NCBI GenBank assembly: GCA_001914695.1
Contig: MNCZ01000066.1
Span: forward strand, 10,544-74,543
Source of the DNA: Gammaproteobacteria bacterium 13_2_20CM_66_19
GTDB lineage: Bacteria > Pseudomonadota > Gammaproteobacteria > Steroidobacterales > Steroidobacteraceae
Direction: 5' to 3'
Length of the DNA stretch: 64,000 nucleotides
Made by a program: the position numbers and the translations under genes. Under the pieces are notes generated by a model. It was given only the letters and a program-made list of their open reading frames with translations. It was not told the DNA's origin and did no database searches. Within the stretch, counting starts at the first letter, position 1, and each line of letters opens with the position of its first letter. Shown here piece after piece: positions 35,404 through 44,749 of this stretch.

Positions 35404-36228
35404 ATGTACACCCACCTGCAACGCGACCAGACCCGCCCGCCCGTAACGCTCGCGACGCTCGCGCGCATGAAGGCGGACGGCGAGAAGATCGCGAGCCTCA
35501 CCTGTTACGACGCGAGTTTTGCGGTGCTGATGGACACGGCCGAAGTGGACGTGGTGCTGGTGGGGGATTCCCTCGGAATGGTGATCCAGGGGCACGACAC
35601 CACGGTGCCCGTCACGATGGACCAGATGGTGTATCACTGCGCCGCGGTGGCGCGGGGCCTCGACCGGCCGTTCCTGATCGCCGACCTGCCGTTCATGAGC
35701 TATGCGTCGCAGACGCTCGCGCTCGAGCACTCCGTGCGGCTCATGCAGGAGGGCGGCGCCGAGATGGTCAAGCTCGAAAGCGGCGGCAAGCAGACCGAGA
35801 TCGTGGAGTTTCTCGCGAGCCACGACATTGCCGTGTGCGCCCACCTGGGACTGAAGCCCCAGTCGGTGCACAAGACGGGGGGCTTCCGAGTGCAGGGGCG
35901 CGAGCGCGAGACGGCGGCGCGGCTGCTCGAGGAGGCCAGGCGCCTGGAGTCGGCGGGCGCGGACATCGTGCTGCTCGAGTGCATTCCGGCGGCCCTCGGC
36001 AAGACGATCACCGCGGAGCTGCACGTGCCGGTGATCGGCATCGGCGCCGGCCCCGACACCGACGGCCAGATCCTGGTCACCTACGACATCCTCGACATCA
36101 CGACCGGACGCAAGCCGCGCTTCGTGCGGAATTTCATGGAGGGCGCGCACAACAACCTCGAGGCGCTGCAGAACTACGTGCGCGCCGTGAAGCGGCGCGA
36201 ATACCCCGCCCCCGAACACTGCTTTTAG
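35404..36228 (+). CDS. panB: 3-methyl-2-oxobutanoate hydroxymethyltransferase
   Basis: KIASLTCYDASFA...VLVGDSLGMV.QGHDTT.PVT...HLGLKPQS...ECIP are canonical PanB blocks. Confidence 0.93.
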   Translation: MYTHLQRDQTRPPVTLATLARMKADGEKIASLTCYDASFAVLMDTAEVDVVLVGDSLGMVIQGHDTTVPVTMDQMVYHCAAVARGLDRPFLIADLPFMSYASQTLALEHSVRLMQEGGAEMVKLESGGKQTEIVEFLASHDIAVCAHLGLKPQSVHKTGGFRVQGRERETAARLLEEARRLESAGADIVLLECIPAALGKTITAELHVPVIGIGAGPDTDGQILVTYDILDITTGRKPRFVRNFMEGAHNNLEALQNYVRAVKRREYPAPEHCF

Positions 36229-36231
36229 AGC

Positions 36232-37083
36232 ATGGAGACCGTCACCACGATTGCCGCCGTGCACGCGCGCGTGCGCGGCTGGCGCCGCGAAGGCCGGCGC
36301 GTGGCCTTCGTGCCCACCATGGGGAATCTCCACGCCGGGCACGTGAGCCTCATCGACGCGGCGCGCCGGCACGGCGAGCGCTTCGTCGCCAGCATCTTCG
36401 TGAACCCGATGCAGTTCGGCCCGAACGAGGACTTTGCGCACTATCCGCGCACGCCGCGGGAGGATGCGCGCATGCTGGCGGAGGCCGGCTGCAGCCTGAT
36501 GTTCATTCCGGAGGTGGGCGAGATCTACCCCCACGGCTCCGAGCGCGTCACGCGCGTCGAGGTGCCGGGACTGTCGCGCATCCTCGAGGGCGAATTCCGC
36601 CCCGGCCATCTCGAGGGTGTGAGCACCGTGGTCGCGAAGCTGTTTCACATCGTGGAGCCCGATGTCGCGATATTCGGCGCCAAGGACTTTCAGCAGCTCG
36701 CCGTGATCCGCCGCATGGTTGCGGACCTGTGCATGGCGGTGGAGATCGTGGCGGCCCCCACCGTGCGCGACTCGGACGGGCTCGCCATGAGCTCCCGCAA
36801 TCAGTATCTGACCGCCGCCGAGCGCGCGCTGGCGCCGCAGATCTACGCGGCGCTCCAGGCGGCCGAGCGGCGGCTCAAGGCCGGGGACGCCGACTTCGCC
36901 GGCATCGGGCGCTCGGGCCTCACGGCGCTCGAGGCTGCCGGCTTCCGCCCGGATTACTTCTCCGTTCGCGACGCCGCCGAGCTCGCCGCGCCCCGACCCG
37001 AGACGCGGGAGCTCGTGGTGCTCGCCGCCGCGCGCTTGGGTCGGGCGCGGCTCATCGACAACGTGCAGGTCACCCGCCCCTGA
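36232..37083 (+). CDS. panC: Pantoate--beta-alanine ligase
   Basis: VAFVPTMGNLHAGHVSLI...VASIFVNPMQFGPNEDF..YPRT...GAKDFQQL are canonical PanC blocks. Confidence 0.93.
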   Translation: METVTTIAAVHARVRGWRREGRRVAFVPTMGNLHAGHVSLIDAARRHGERFVASIFVNPMQFGPNEDFAHYPRTPREDARMLAEAGCSLMFIPEVGEIYPHGSERVTRVEVPGLSRILEGEFRPGHLEGVSTVVAKLFHIVEPDVAIFGAKDFQQLAVIRRMVADLCMAVEIVAAPTVRDSDGLAMSSRNQYLTAAERALAPQIYAALQAAERRLKAGDADFAGIGRSGLTALEAAGFRPDYFSVRDAAELAAPRPETRELVVLAAARLGRARLIDNVQVTRP

Positions 37084-37108
37084 TCGACCCGCGCGCGGCG
37101 GCTCGGGA

Positions 37109-38179
37109 TCAGCCGCCCATCCCGTGCTGCTGCAGCGCCCACTCGACGTGCTCGCGCACCAGAGCCGACGGGTCGCGGCGACGCTCCTCGAGCGCGCGCA
37201 CGACCTCCGGCGCGGTCGGCGCGTTGCCGAGCGCGACGGCGATATTGCGTGACCAGCGCTCGAAGCCGATGCGATAGATGGCCGAGCCGCGCATGCGTTG
37301 GTCGAAATCAGCGGCGCTCCATCGGAAGAGCTCCGGGAGCGAGGCGGCATCCAGGCCGTGACGGACCTTGAAGTCCGGGTGCGCCGCCGCCTGCGCGAAT
37401 TTGTTCCACGGACAGACCAGCTGGCAGTCGTCGCAGCCGTAGATGCGATTGCCGATCGCTTTGCGGAGCCCCTCGGGGATGGCGCTCCTGTGCTCGATGG
37501 TGAGGTAGGAGATGCAGCGGCGTGCATCGAGCCGCCAGGGCGCGACGATGGCTCCCGTGGGGCAGGCGGGAATGCAGGCCTGACAGCTTCCGCAGTGGGC
37601 GCTGGCGGGCTCGTCCGGCGGCAGCGGCAGGTCCGTCAGGATCTCGCCGAGAAAGAACCAGGAGCCGCGATCGCGCGCGATGAGGTTGGTGTGCTTGCCG
37701 ATCCAGCCGAGTCCGGCGTCGCGGGCGAGCGCCTTCTCGAGCACCGGCGCGGTATCGACGCACACCCGGTAGCCGAACGGCCCGATGCGCTGCTCAAGCT
37801 CCGTGGCGAGCCTGGCGAGAGCGCGTCGCAGTGTCTTGTGGTAGTCGCGTCCCAGCGCGTAGCGCGACACGTAGCCGAGCTGCGGGTCGTCGAGCACGGT
37901 TTGTGCATCGCGCGCATCGCCCGGCCAATAGTCCATGCGCGCGCTTAAGACCCGCACCGTGCCTGGAAAGAGCTGCTGCGGGCGGCTGCGCGTCAGGCCG
38001 TGGCGCTTCATGTAGTGCATCTCGCCGTGGAGCCCCTCGCCGAGCCACCTGATCAGGTGCCGCTCGTCCTCGGGGATGTCGATGCCGGCGACGCCGAGCG
38101 CGTCGAAACCGAGTGCGCGCGCACGCTCGCCGAGCTCGCGTCGCAGCGAACGCAGATCGAGGCAAGCCGCAGCGGTCAT
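37109..38179 (-). CDS. queG: tRNA epoxyqueuosine(34) reductase
   Basis: SRYALGRDYHK...GWIGKHTNLI...CGSCQACIPACPTGAI...CISYLTIE...IYGCDDCQLVCPWNKF are the QueG 4Fe-4S and cobalamin blocks. Confidence 0.9.
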   Translation of the reverse strand: MTAAACLDLRSLRRELGERARALGFDALGVAGIDIPEDERHLIRWLGEGLHGEMHYMKRHGLTRSRPQQLFPGTVRVLSARMDYWPGDARDAQTVLDDPQLGYVSRYALGRDYHKTLRRALARLATELEQRIGPFGYRVCVDTAPVLEKALARDAGLGWIGKHTNLIARDRGSWFFLGEILTDLPLPPDEPASAHCGSCQACIPACPTGAIVAPWRLDARRCISYLTIEHRSAIPEGLRKAIGNRIYGCDDCQLVCPWNKFAQAAAHPDFKVRHGLDAASLPELFRWSAADFDQRMRGSAIYRIGFERWSRNIAVALGNAPTAPEVVRALEERRRDPSALVREHVEWALQQHGMGG

Positions 38180-38211
38180 GGCGCCACCACCCAGGTCAGT
38201 ATAATCGCCCT

Positions 38212-39690
38212 ATGGCCCTGCCGATCGTCCTGTACTCCACGGCGCAGGTGCGCGCCCTCGATGCCCATGCCATCGAAGAGCTCGGGATCGCGGGCTACAC
38301 GCTCATGAAGCGTGCCGGAGAGGCGGCGCTGCGGTATCTGCGCACCCGCTGGCCGATGGCCCACCGCATCGTCATCGTCTGCGGGCGCGGCAACAACGCC
38401 GGCGACGGCTACGTGCTGGCGCGCTTTGCGCACGCCGCGGGGCTCACGGTCACGGTGCTGAGCGCCGCGCCTCCCGAGGAGCTGCGCGCCGATGCGCGCC
38501 AGGCGTACGAGGACTTCAGGGCGAGCGGCGGCGTCGCGCACCCTTTCTCGGCCGAGCGGCTCACGTCGGGCGAGGTCATCGTGGACGCGTTGTTGGGCAC
38601 GGGGCTCGAGGGGGACGTGCGGCCGGAGCTCGCGCAGGTGATTCGCGCGATCAACTCGAGCGGCAGGCCGGTGTTTGCGCTCGATGTGCCCTCGGGGCTC
38701 GACAGCGACGCCGGTGTGGCGCTCGGCGAGGCCGTGCGCGCGGACGCAACCGTGACCTTCGTGGGCCTGAAGACGGGGCTCCTGGTCGGCAACGGTCCGG
38801 AGTTCGCCGGTGCGGTGTTCTTCGACGACCTCGAGCTCGCGCCGGCGCCGTCGGCGCATCTGGCTCCACGGCTGACACGCATCGTCGAGGCCGAGATCCA
38901 CGAGGCACTGCCGCGCCGGGCACGATCGGCCAACAAGGGCAACTTCGGGCGCGTGCTCATCGTCGGCAGCGGCAGCGGCATGCCGGGAGCGGCGCGGCTT
39001 GCGGGCGAGGCGTGTCTGCGGGTGGGCGCGGGACTCGTCACCGTGGCGGTCGCACCCGAGAACGTCGCGGCGATCGCCGCCGGGCGGCCGGAGCTCATCT
39101 GCGTGGGCTTGAGCGGCGAGACGGCGCTCGCCGAGGTGCTCGGGCGCGTGGACGTCATCGCGGTGGGCCCGGGGCTCGGGCGCTCGGCGTGGGCGGTGGC
39201 GGCGCTCAATGCGGTGCTGAAGAGCGGCAAGCCGCTGGTGGTCGACGCCGATGCGCTGAATCTGCTCGCCGAGCACGGAGCGCCGGCGCGCGAGGACTGG
39301 ATTCTGACGCCGCATCCGGGGGAGGCGGGAAGGCTGCTGGGGGTGAGCGCCGAGGACATCCAGCGCGATCGACTCGCCGCGCTCGATCGGCTCATCGAGC
39401 GCTTCCACGGCACGATCGTGCTGAAGGGAGCGGGTACTCTCGTCGGAGCCCGCGGCCGCACGCCCGGCGTGTGCGAGCGCGGCAACCCCGGAATGGCCAC
39501 GGCGGGAAGCGGTGACGTGCTCACCGGCGCGATCGCGGGAATTCTTGCGCAGTGCCGCGACCACTGGACCGCCGCGCGCGTCGGCGTGCTGGTGCACGCC
39601 ATGGCCGGCGATGCGGCGGCTCGCGGCGGCGAGCGCGGCCTGCTGGCGGGCGATCTTGCGAGGGAGCTCCACAACTGCGTGAATCTTTGA
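38212..39690 (+). CDS. nnr: Bifunctional NAD(P)H-hydrate repair enzyme (epimerase/dehydratase, YjeF family)
   Basis: N-terminal YjeF_N domain (GIAGYTLMKRAGEAA...IVCGRGNNAGDGYV..R) and C-terminal carbohydrate kinase domain (KGNFGRVLIVGSG..MPGAARL...GSGDVLTG). ATG 38212 chosen. Confidence 0.9.
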   Translation: MALPIVLYSTAQVRALDAHAIEELGIAGYTLMKRAGEAALRYLRTRWPMAHRIVIVCGRGNNAGDGYVLARFAHAAGLTVTVLSAAPPEELRADARQAYEDFRASGGVAHPFSAERLTSGEVIVDALLGTGLEGDVRPELAQVIRAINSSGRPVFALDVPSGLDSDAGVALGEAVRADATVTFVGLKTGLLVGNGPEFAGAVFFDDLELAPAPSAHLAPRLTRIVEAEIHEALPRRARSANKGNFGRVLIVGSGSGMPGAARLAGEACLRVGAGLVTVAVAPENVAAIAAGRPELICVGLSGETALAEVLGRVDVIAVGPGLGRSAWAVAALNAVLKSGKPLVVDADALNLLAEHGAPAREDWILTPHPGEAGRLLGVSAEDIQRDRLAALDRLIERFHGTIVLKGAGTLVGARGRTPGVCERGNPGMATAGSGDVLTGAIAGILAQCRDHWTAARVGVLVHAMAGDAAARGGERGLLAGDLARELHNCVNL

Positions 39691-39698
39691 CGGCGCGC

Positions 39699-40160
39699 AT
39701 GCGCAACCGCACCGCCACGTCGCAGGACACGGAGGACCTCGGCGGACGGCTCGCCCGCGCCCGGCCGGCGGCGGGCGAGTCGCTCGCGGTGCTCTACTTG
39801 AGCGGTGAGCTCGGTGCCGGCAAGACGACCTTCGCGCGGGGTTTCCTGCGCGCGCTCGGCGTGACGGAGGAGGTGCGCAGTCCCACCTACACCCTCATCG
39901 AGCTGTACCGCACCGGGGCGCTCACGGCCGTGCACGTCGATCTCTATCGCGTGCGGGACGCCGCCGAGCTCGATGCGCTCGGACTGCGCGAGTGGGCGTG
40001 CGGCGGACACCTCTGGCTCATCGAATGGCCGGAGCGCGGCGGATCGCGACTGCCGCCCGCGGATCTCACGCTCACGTTTTCGGTGTCCGATGCCGGGCAC
40101 GACATCGAAGCGAGCGCGGGTTCCCCGCTCGGGAAGTCGTGGCTCGCGTCGCTGAGTTGA
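39699..40160 (+). CDS. tsaE: tRNA t6A37 biosynthesis ATPase TsaE
   Basis: LSGELGAGKTTFARGFLRALG....VRSPTYTLIELY....HVDLYR are canonical TsaE blocks. Confidence 0.88.
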   Translation: MRNRTATSQDTEDLGGRLARARPAAGESLAVLYLSGELGAGKTTFARGFLRALGVTEEVRSPTYTLIELYRTGALTAVHVDLYRVRDAAELDALGLREWACGGHLWLIEWPERGGSRLPPADLTLTFSVSDAGHDIEASAGSPLGKSWLASLS

Positions 40161-40211
40161 AAAGCCGACCGCAACGCCGTAGATTAAGTGAGAGGTAGCG
40201 CTTCGAACTCG

Positions 40212-41435
40212 ATGATTCGAAAGATCTTTCGTGAAGGATTCGCTGCCGGTGTGATCGGCCTGGGAGCCCTTTCGCTCGGCTCCTCCCTCGGCAGCGCCGC
40301 GGAGCTGCGTGCCGTCGAGCTGTCCGCCAGCGACGATGGCGCGCAGCTCACCCTGGATTTGAGCGAGGGCGCGCAACACAAGCTCTTCACTCTCGAGCAC
40401 CCCGATCGTGTCGTCGTCGATCTGCCGAACACGCATCTCGCGGACGGCGTGCGCGCGCCGGGGCCTGAAGGGGTAGTCACGGAGGTGCGTTTCGGCGCTC
40501 AGCCGGACGGCACGCTACGGGTCGTGGCGGAGCTTAAATCGGCGCTGCCCGCGCATAGCGGTTGGGCGCCGGAGGAGGAGGGCCACAGGCTGATCCTCAC
40601 ACTCGGGGAGCCGGCTGCCGCGGCGCAGGCGCCACCGAAGACGGTGCGCGCGCCGCACGCACCCCGGGAGGGCGACCGCGACGTCATCATCGCGGTGGAT
40701 GCGGGACACGGGGGCGAGGATCCCGGGGCTATCGGCCGCGGCGGCACCCGCGAGAAGGACGTGACGCTTGCCATCGCGCGGGCTCTCGCCCAGCGCATCG
40801 ACGCCGAACCCGGCATGCGGGCCGTGCTGACGCGCGATCGCGATGAATTTCTCGAGCTGCGCGAGCGCATCCGGCGCGCGCACGCCGCGCACGCCGACAT
40901 GTTCATTTCGGTACACGCCGACTCGATCCGCGACCGCAGCGTCTCCGGCGCCTCGGTCTACGTGCTGTCGGTGCACGGCGCCTCTAGCGAAGCGGCCCGC
41001 TGGCTCGCCGAGCGTGAGAACGCTGCGGATCTCGCCGCGGGCGCGCGCCGCGACGACCAGAGTACTCTCGAGCCGGTGCTCATCGATGCGGCGCAGAACC
41101 AGATCATCGGCGTCAGTGCCAGCGCAGCGGAGCGGGTGATGAGCGCGCTCGAGGAGGTGGGCGAGGTCCGCAGGGCGCAGGTGCAGCGCGCCGGCTTCGT
41201 GGTGCTCAAGTCCCGCGATATTCCCTCCATGCTCATCGAGACCGCCTATATCTCCAATCCGGCCGAGGAGCGCCGCCTGCGCAGCGCCCGGGAGCAGGCG
41301 CGCTTTGCGGACGCGATCGCCGGCGGCCTGCGCAGCTACTTCACTCAGAATCCGCCCGACGGAACCCGTTTCAAGCAGGAACACCGCGGGAGCCTCGTCA
41401 GCGCCGGGGGCGCCGCGCTGGCCGCCACGCCCTGA
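40212..41435 (+). CDS. amiB: N-acetylmuramoyl-L-alanine amidase with N-terminal AMIN domain
   Basis: Signal peptide, AMIN-like region (FTLEHPDRVVVDLPNT) and Amidase_3 blocks (IAVDAGHGGEDPGAIG, DMFISVHADS, VLKS.DIPSMLIETAYISN). The symbol is assigned from tsaE-amiB-mutL synteny. The start could be GTG 40188. Confidence 0.85.
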   Translation: MIRKIFREGFAAGVIGLGALSLGSSLGSAAELRAVELSASDDGAQLTLDLSEGAQHKLFTLEHPDRVVVDLPNTHLADGVRAPGPEGVVTEVRFGAQPDGTLRVVAELKSALPAHSGWAPEEEGHRLILTLGEPAAAAQAPPKTVRAPHAPREGDRDVIIAVDAGHGGEDPGAIGRGGTREKDVTLAIARALAQRIDAEPGMRAVLTRDRDEFLELRERIRRAHAAHADMFISVHADSIRDRSVSGASVYVLSVHGASSEAARWLAERENAADLAAGARRDDQSTLEPVLIDAAQNQIIGVSASAAERVMSALEEVGEVRRAQVQRAGFVVLKSRDIPSMLIETAYISNPAEERRLRSAREQARFADAIAGGLRSYFTQNPPDGTRFKQEHRGSLVSAGGAALAATP

Positions 41436-41436
41436 C

Positions 41437-41463
41437 GAGCCGTCCGAGCCGTCCGAGCCGTCC
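41437..41463. repeat. 9-bp microsatellite (GAGCCGTCC)x3 in the amiB-mutL spacer
   Basis: Read directly, immediately after the amiB stop codon. Confidence 0.9.
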
Positions 41464-41509
41464 GGCCGCGCCTCGTCGCCGCCCGATCGGCGTGTACACT
41501 GCGGTCCCA

Positions 41510-43336
41510 ATGCCGATCCGCATCCTTCCCGATGAGCTCATCGACCAGATCGCAGCCGGCGAGGTGATTGAGCGACCCGCCTCGGTCGTCAAGGAGCTTG
41601 CCGAGAACGCGCTCGATGCTGGGGCCACGCGCATCGACATCGACGTCGAGCGCGGCGGCGTCGGCCTCATGCGGGTGCGCGACGACGGCTGCGGCATCGC
41701 GTCCGAGGAGCTGCCGATGGCGCTCGCGCGGCACGCAACCAGCAAGATCGCCGGCGTCGGTGACCTCGAAGCCATCACCACGCTCGGCTTCCGCGGTGAG
41801 GCGCTGCCGTCCATCGGCTCGGTATCGCGGCTGCGAATCGTCTCGCGCGCGAGCGGCGCCGATCAGGCTGCAGAGCTCATCGTCGACGGGGGGACGGTGG
41901 GCCCGGCGCGCCCCGCGGCGCATCCGCCCGGGACGAGCGTCGAGGTGCGGGACCTGTTCTTCAACGTTCCCGCGCGGCGCAAGTTCGTGCGCAGCGATGC
42001 CACCGAGCTCGGGCACATCGCGCGCCTCACCGAGCGGCTGGCGCTGTCGCGGTTCGACGTGAGCATACGGCTGCGCCATGGTGAGCGGGTGCTGCTCGAT
42101 GCCCCGGCCTCGGATCTCGAGGGGAACGAGCTGGCACGGCTCGGGCAAGTGCTCGATCCGGACTTCGGAGCGTCCGCGATCGCGGTTCGCCACGCGGCGG
42201 GGCCCGTCATGCTGTCCGGGTGGGCGGGGCTCCCTACGCGCTCGCGCGCGCAGCCCGATCAGCAGTTCTGGTTCGTGAACGGCCGCAGCGTCCGCGACCG
42301 GCTGCTGATGAACGCCGTCCGACTCGCCTACCGCGACGTGCTCTATCACGGGCGGCACGCGGCGTACGCCCTCTATCTCACGCTCGATCCGAGGCTCGTC
42401 GACGTCAATGCCCACCCGCAGAAGCTCGAAGTTCGCTTCCGTGACAGCCGCCAGGTCCACGACTTCGTCTTTCGCGCCCTCGAGCGCGCGCTCGCCGCCA
42501 CCCGGCCCGACCCTCATGTCCCCGCGGCCGCACGGGCCGGCGAAGCTGCGGGCAATGGCTATGCGGCCGGACTCCCCGACGGGGACTCTCTCGCCCCCGC
42601 CGACGCCCGGGCGGGCGCCGCCCGGGCGTCGCCCGGGCTCGGTTTCGAGCTGCCCCGTTACGAGCCGGGACGCGATCCTTGGGCGCTCGCGGGCGCCGTC
42701 GAGGAGGGGGTGCTCCCCACCTCGGGCCGCCCGCAGATGCCGGCCGCGGGGGACTATCCCCTCGGCACTGCGCTCGCGCAGCTGCATGGCGCCTACATCC
42801 TCGCGCAGAACCCGGAAGGGTTGGTGCTCGTCGATATGCATGCCGCGCACGAGCGAGTGCTGTACGAGAAGCTCAAAGCCGAGCGCGAGCGCGGCACCCC
42901 CGCCTCGCAGCTCCTGCTGGAGCCTGTGGTCATCGAGCTCAAAGCCCACGAGCTCGCCGCGCTCCTCGAGCGTTACACCGAGTGGGAACGGGCAGGGTTC
43001 GAGCTCGATGCGCTGTCCGCCACGCGGCTGGCGCTGCGGCGCGTGCCGGCGACGCTGAAGCCGGCGGAGATCTCCAGGATCATCACCGCCGTCGTGCACG
43101 ATCTCGGCCTCGAGGCCAACACGCACCACCTCGAGGCCGCCGCGGACCGCTTCCTCGCCACGCTCGCCTGCCGCACTGCGATCCACGCGCACCGCCGCCT
43201 GACGCTTCCCGAGATGGACAGCCTGCTGCGGCAGATGGAAGCGACCGAGCGCGCGAGCCAGTGCAATCATGGACGGCCGACGTGGACGCGCCTCACCGTT
43301 GCGCAGCTCGATCGGCTGTTCCTGCGGGGGCGCTGA
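41510..43336 (+). CDS. mutL: DNA mismatch repair protein MutL
   Basis: IRILPDELIDQIAAGEVIERPASVVKELAENALDAGA...DDGCGI...TLGFRGEALPSI are GHKL MutL blocks. The C-terminal dimerisation domain contains CNHGRPT. Confidence 0.93.
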   Translation: MPIRILPDELIDQIAAGEVIERPASVVKELAENALDAGATRIDIDVERGGVGLMRVRDDGCGIASEELPMALARHATSKIAGVGDLEAITTLGFRGEALPSIGSVSRLRIVSRASGADQAAELIVDGGTVGPARPAAHPPGTSVEVRDLFFNVPARRKFVRSDATELGHIARLTERLALSRFDVSIRLRHGERVLLDAPASDLEGNELARLGQVLDPDFGASAIAVRHAAGPVMLSGWAGLPTRSRAQPDQQFWFVNGRSVRDRLLMNAVRLAYRDVLYHGRHAAYALYLTLDPRLVDVNAHPQKLEVRFRDSRQVHDFVFRALERALAATRPDPHVPAAARAGEAAGNGYAAGLPDGDSLAPADARAGAARASPGLGFELPRYEPGRDPWALAGAVEEGVLPTSGRPQMPAAGDYPLGTALAQLHGAYILAQNPEGLVLVDMHAAHERVLYEKLKAERERGTPASQLLLEPVVIELKAHELAALLERYTEWERAGFELDALSATRLALRRVPATLKPAEISRIITAVVHDLGLEANTHHLEAAADRFLATLACRTAIHAHRRLTLPEMDSLLRQMEATERASQCNHGRPTWTRLTVAQLDRLFLRGR

Positions 43337-44323
43337 GTGTCGGCAGCGGTGAGCGCGGAGCATGCCGCGGACACCGCTCCCGGAGCCGGGCACGGCGAGC
43401 TGCCGGTGTTGGTCCTCGCCGGACCCACCGGCGCCGGCAAGACCGACTGGGCTATCCGGCTCGCCGAGAGCGCCCCGGTCGAAATCGTCAGCGTGGACTC
43501 GGCGCTGGTCTACCGCGGTCTGGACATCGGCACCGCCAAGCCGGCGCGGGAGCTGCGCGAGCGCGTTCCCCACCACCTGATCGACATCTGCGAGCCGACC
43601 GAGAGCTATTCCGCGGGGCGCTTCGTCCCCGACGCAGTCGCGGCCGTTCGCGATGTCCACGCCCGCCGCCGCGTGCCGCTCCTGGTGGGCGGCACCATGC
43701 TCTATCTACGGTCGCTCCTGCATGGACTCGCGCCACTGCCGCAGGCCGATTCGAGGCTGCGCGCCGAGCTCGATGCGCGCGCCGCGCGGCAGGGGTGGCC
43801 GGCGCTGCACGCGGAGCTCGCCCGGCTGGACCCCGAGGCGGCCGCACGCGTGGCACCCACCGACAGCCAGCGCATCCAGCGGGCGCTCGAAGTCTGTTAC
43901 AACACCGGCCGCCCGATCTCCGAGCTGCAGCGCGCGACCGTGAGTCCGCTCGCGGGGCGGCGGGTGCACTACTGGATGCTGGCGCCGCCACGCGCCGTGT
44001 TGCACGAGCGCATTCAACGACGTTTCGAGGCCATGATGGCCGCGGGTTTTCTCGAGGAGGTGCGGAGCCTGCGCAGGAACGGTGCTCTCACCGCCCGGCA
44101 CCCATCGATGCGCGCCGTGGGCTACCGGCAGCTGTGGGCGCACCTCGACGGGCAATACCCCCTGGAGGAGGCGGTGCGGCGGGGCGTTGCGGCGACGCGC
44201 CAACTGGCGAAGCGGCAGCTGACCTGGATGCGTGGCGAGGCTCTCGGCCGATGGATCGAGCCGGAAGCCGGGCTGTCGTGGAATCGAGACATATGTAACC
44301 TCCTGGCCCGGCTAGGGCTTTAG
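43337..44323 (+). CDS. miaA: tRNA dimethylallyltransferase
   Basis: LAGPTGAGKTDWAIRLA...EIVSVDSALVYRGLDIGTAKP...PHHLID...VGGTMLY. GTG start abuts the mutL stop. Confidence 0.92.
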   Translation: MSAAVSAEHAADTAPGAGHGELPVLVLAGPTGAGKTDWAIRLAESAPVEIVSVDSALVYRGLDIGTAKPARELRERVPHHLIDICEPTESYSAGRFVPDAVAAVRDVHARRRVPLLVGGTMLYLRSLLHGLAPLPQADSRLRAELDARAARQGWPALHAELARLDPEAAARVAPTDSQRIQRALEVCYNTGRPISELQRATVSPLAGRRVHYWMLAPPRAVLHERIQRRFEAMMAAGFLEEVRSLRRNGALTARHPSMRAVGYRQLWAHLDGQYPLEEAVRRGVAATRQLAKRQLTWMRGEALGRWIEPEAGLSWNRDICNLLARLGL

Positions 44324-44470
44324 AGGAGCCCCCATGTTAAGATTCCGGACGTCGGCTCCTCACCCCTGATGAGGCAGGTTAGTTTGCTCAGTTCGCGGAA
44401 CAACGGACGTTCGGCCACGGTCCCTTTGCCCCGCCAAACAACTCCAAGCCCTAAAAATAAGGAGAACCCG

Positions 44471-44725
44471 ATGGCCAAAGGCCAGTCCCTGCAAGACCCC
44501 TTTCTGAACGCCTTGCGCAAGGAGCGGGTGCCGGTTTCCATCTACCTCGTCAACGGGATCAAGTTGCAAGGACAGATCGATTCCTTTGACCAGTTCGTGG
44601 TGCTGTTGAAGAACAGCGTCAGCCAGATGGTCTACAAGCATGCGATTTCCACGGTCGTTCCGGCGCGCAACGTGCGCCTGGCGACCGAAGAGGGCGGCGG
44701 CCCCGCGGAGACGCCCGCCGAATGA
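44471..44725 (+). CDS. hfq: RNA chaperone Hfq
   Basis: [68 protein letters not shown] lies 6 nt upstream. Confidence 0.97.
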   Translation: MAKGQSLQDPFLNALRKERVPVSIYLVNGIKLQGQIDSFDQFVVLLKNSVSQMVYKHAISTVVPARNVRLATEEGGGPAETPAE

Positions 44726-44749
44726 TGTGCCTCGTCACGGGAAGCCTGA

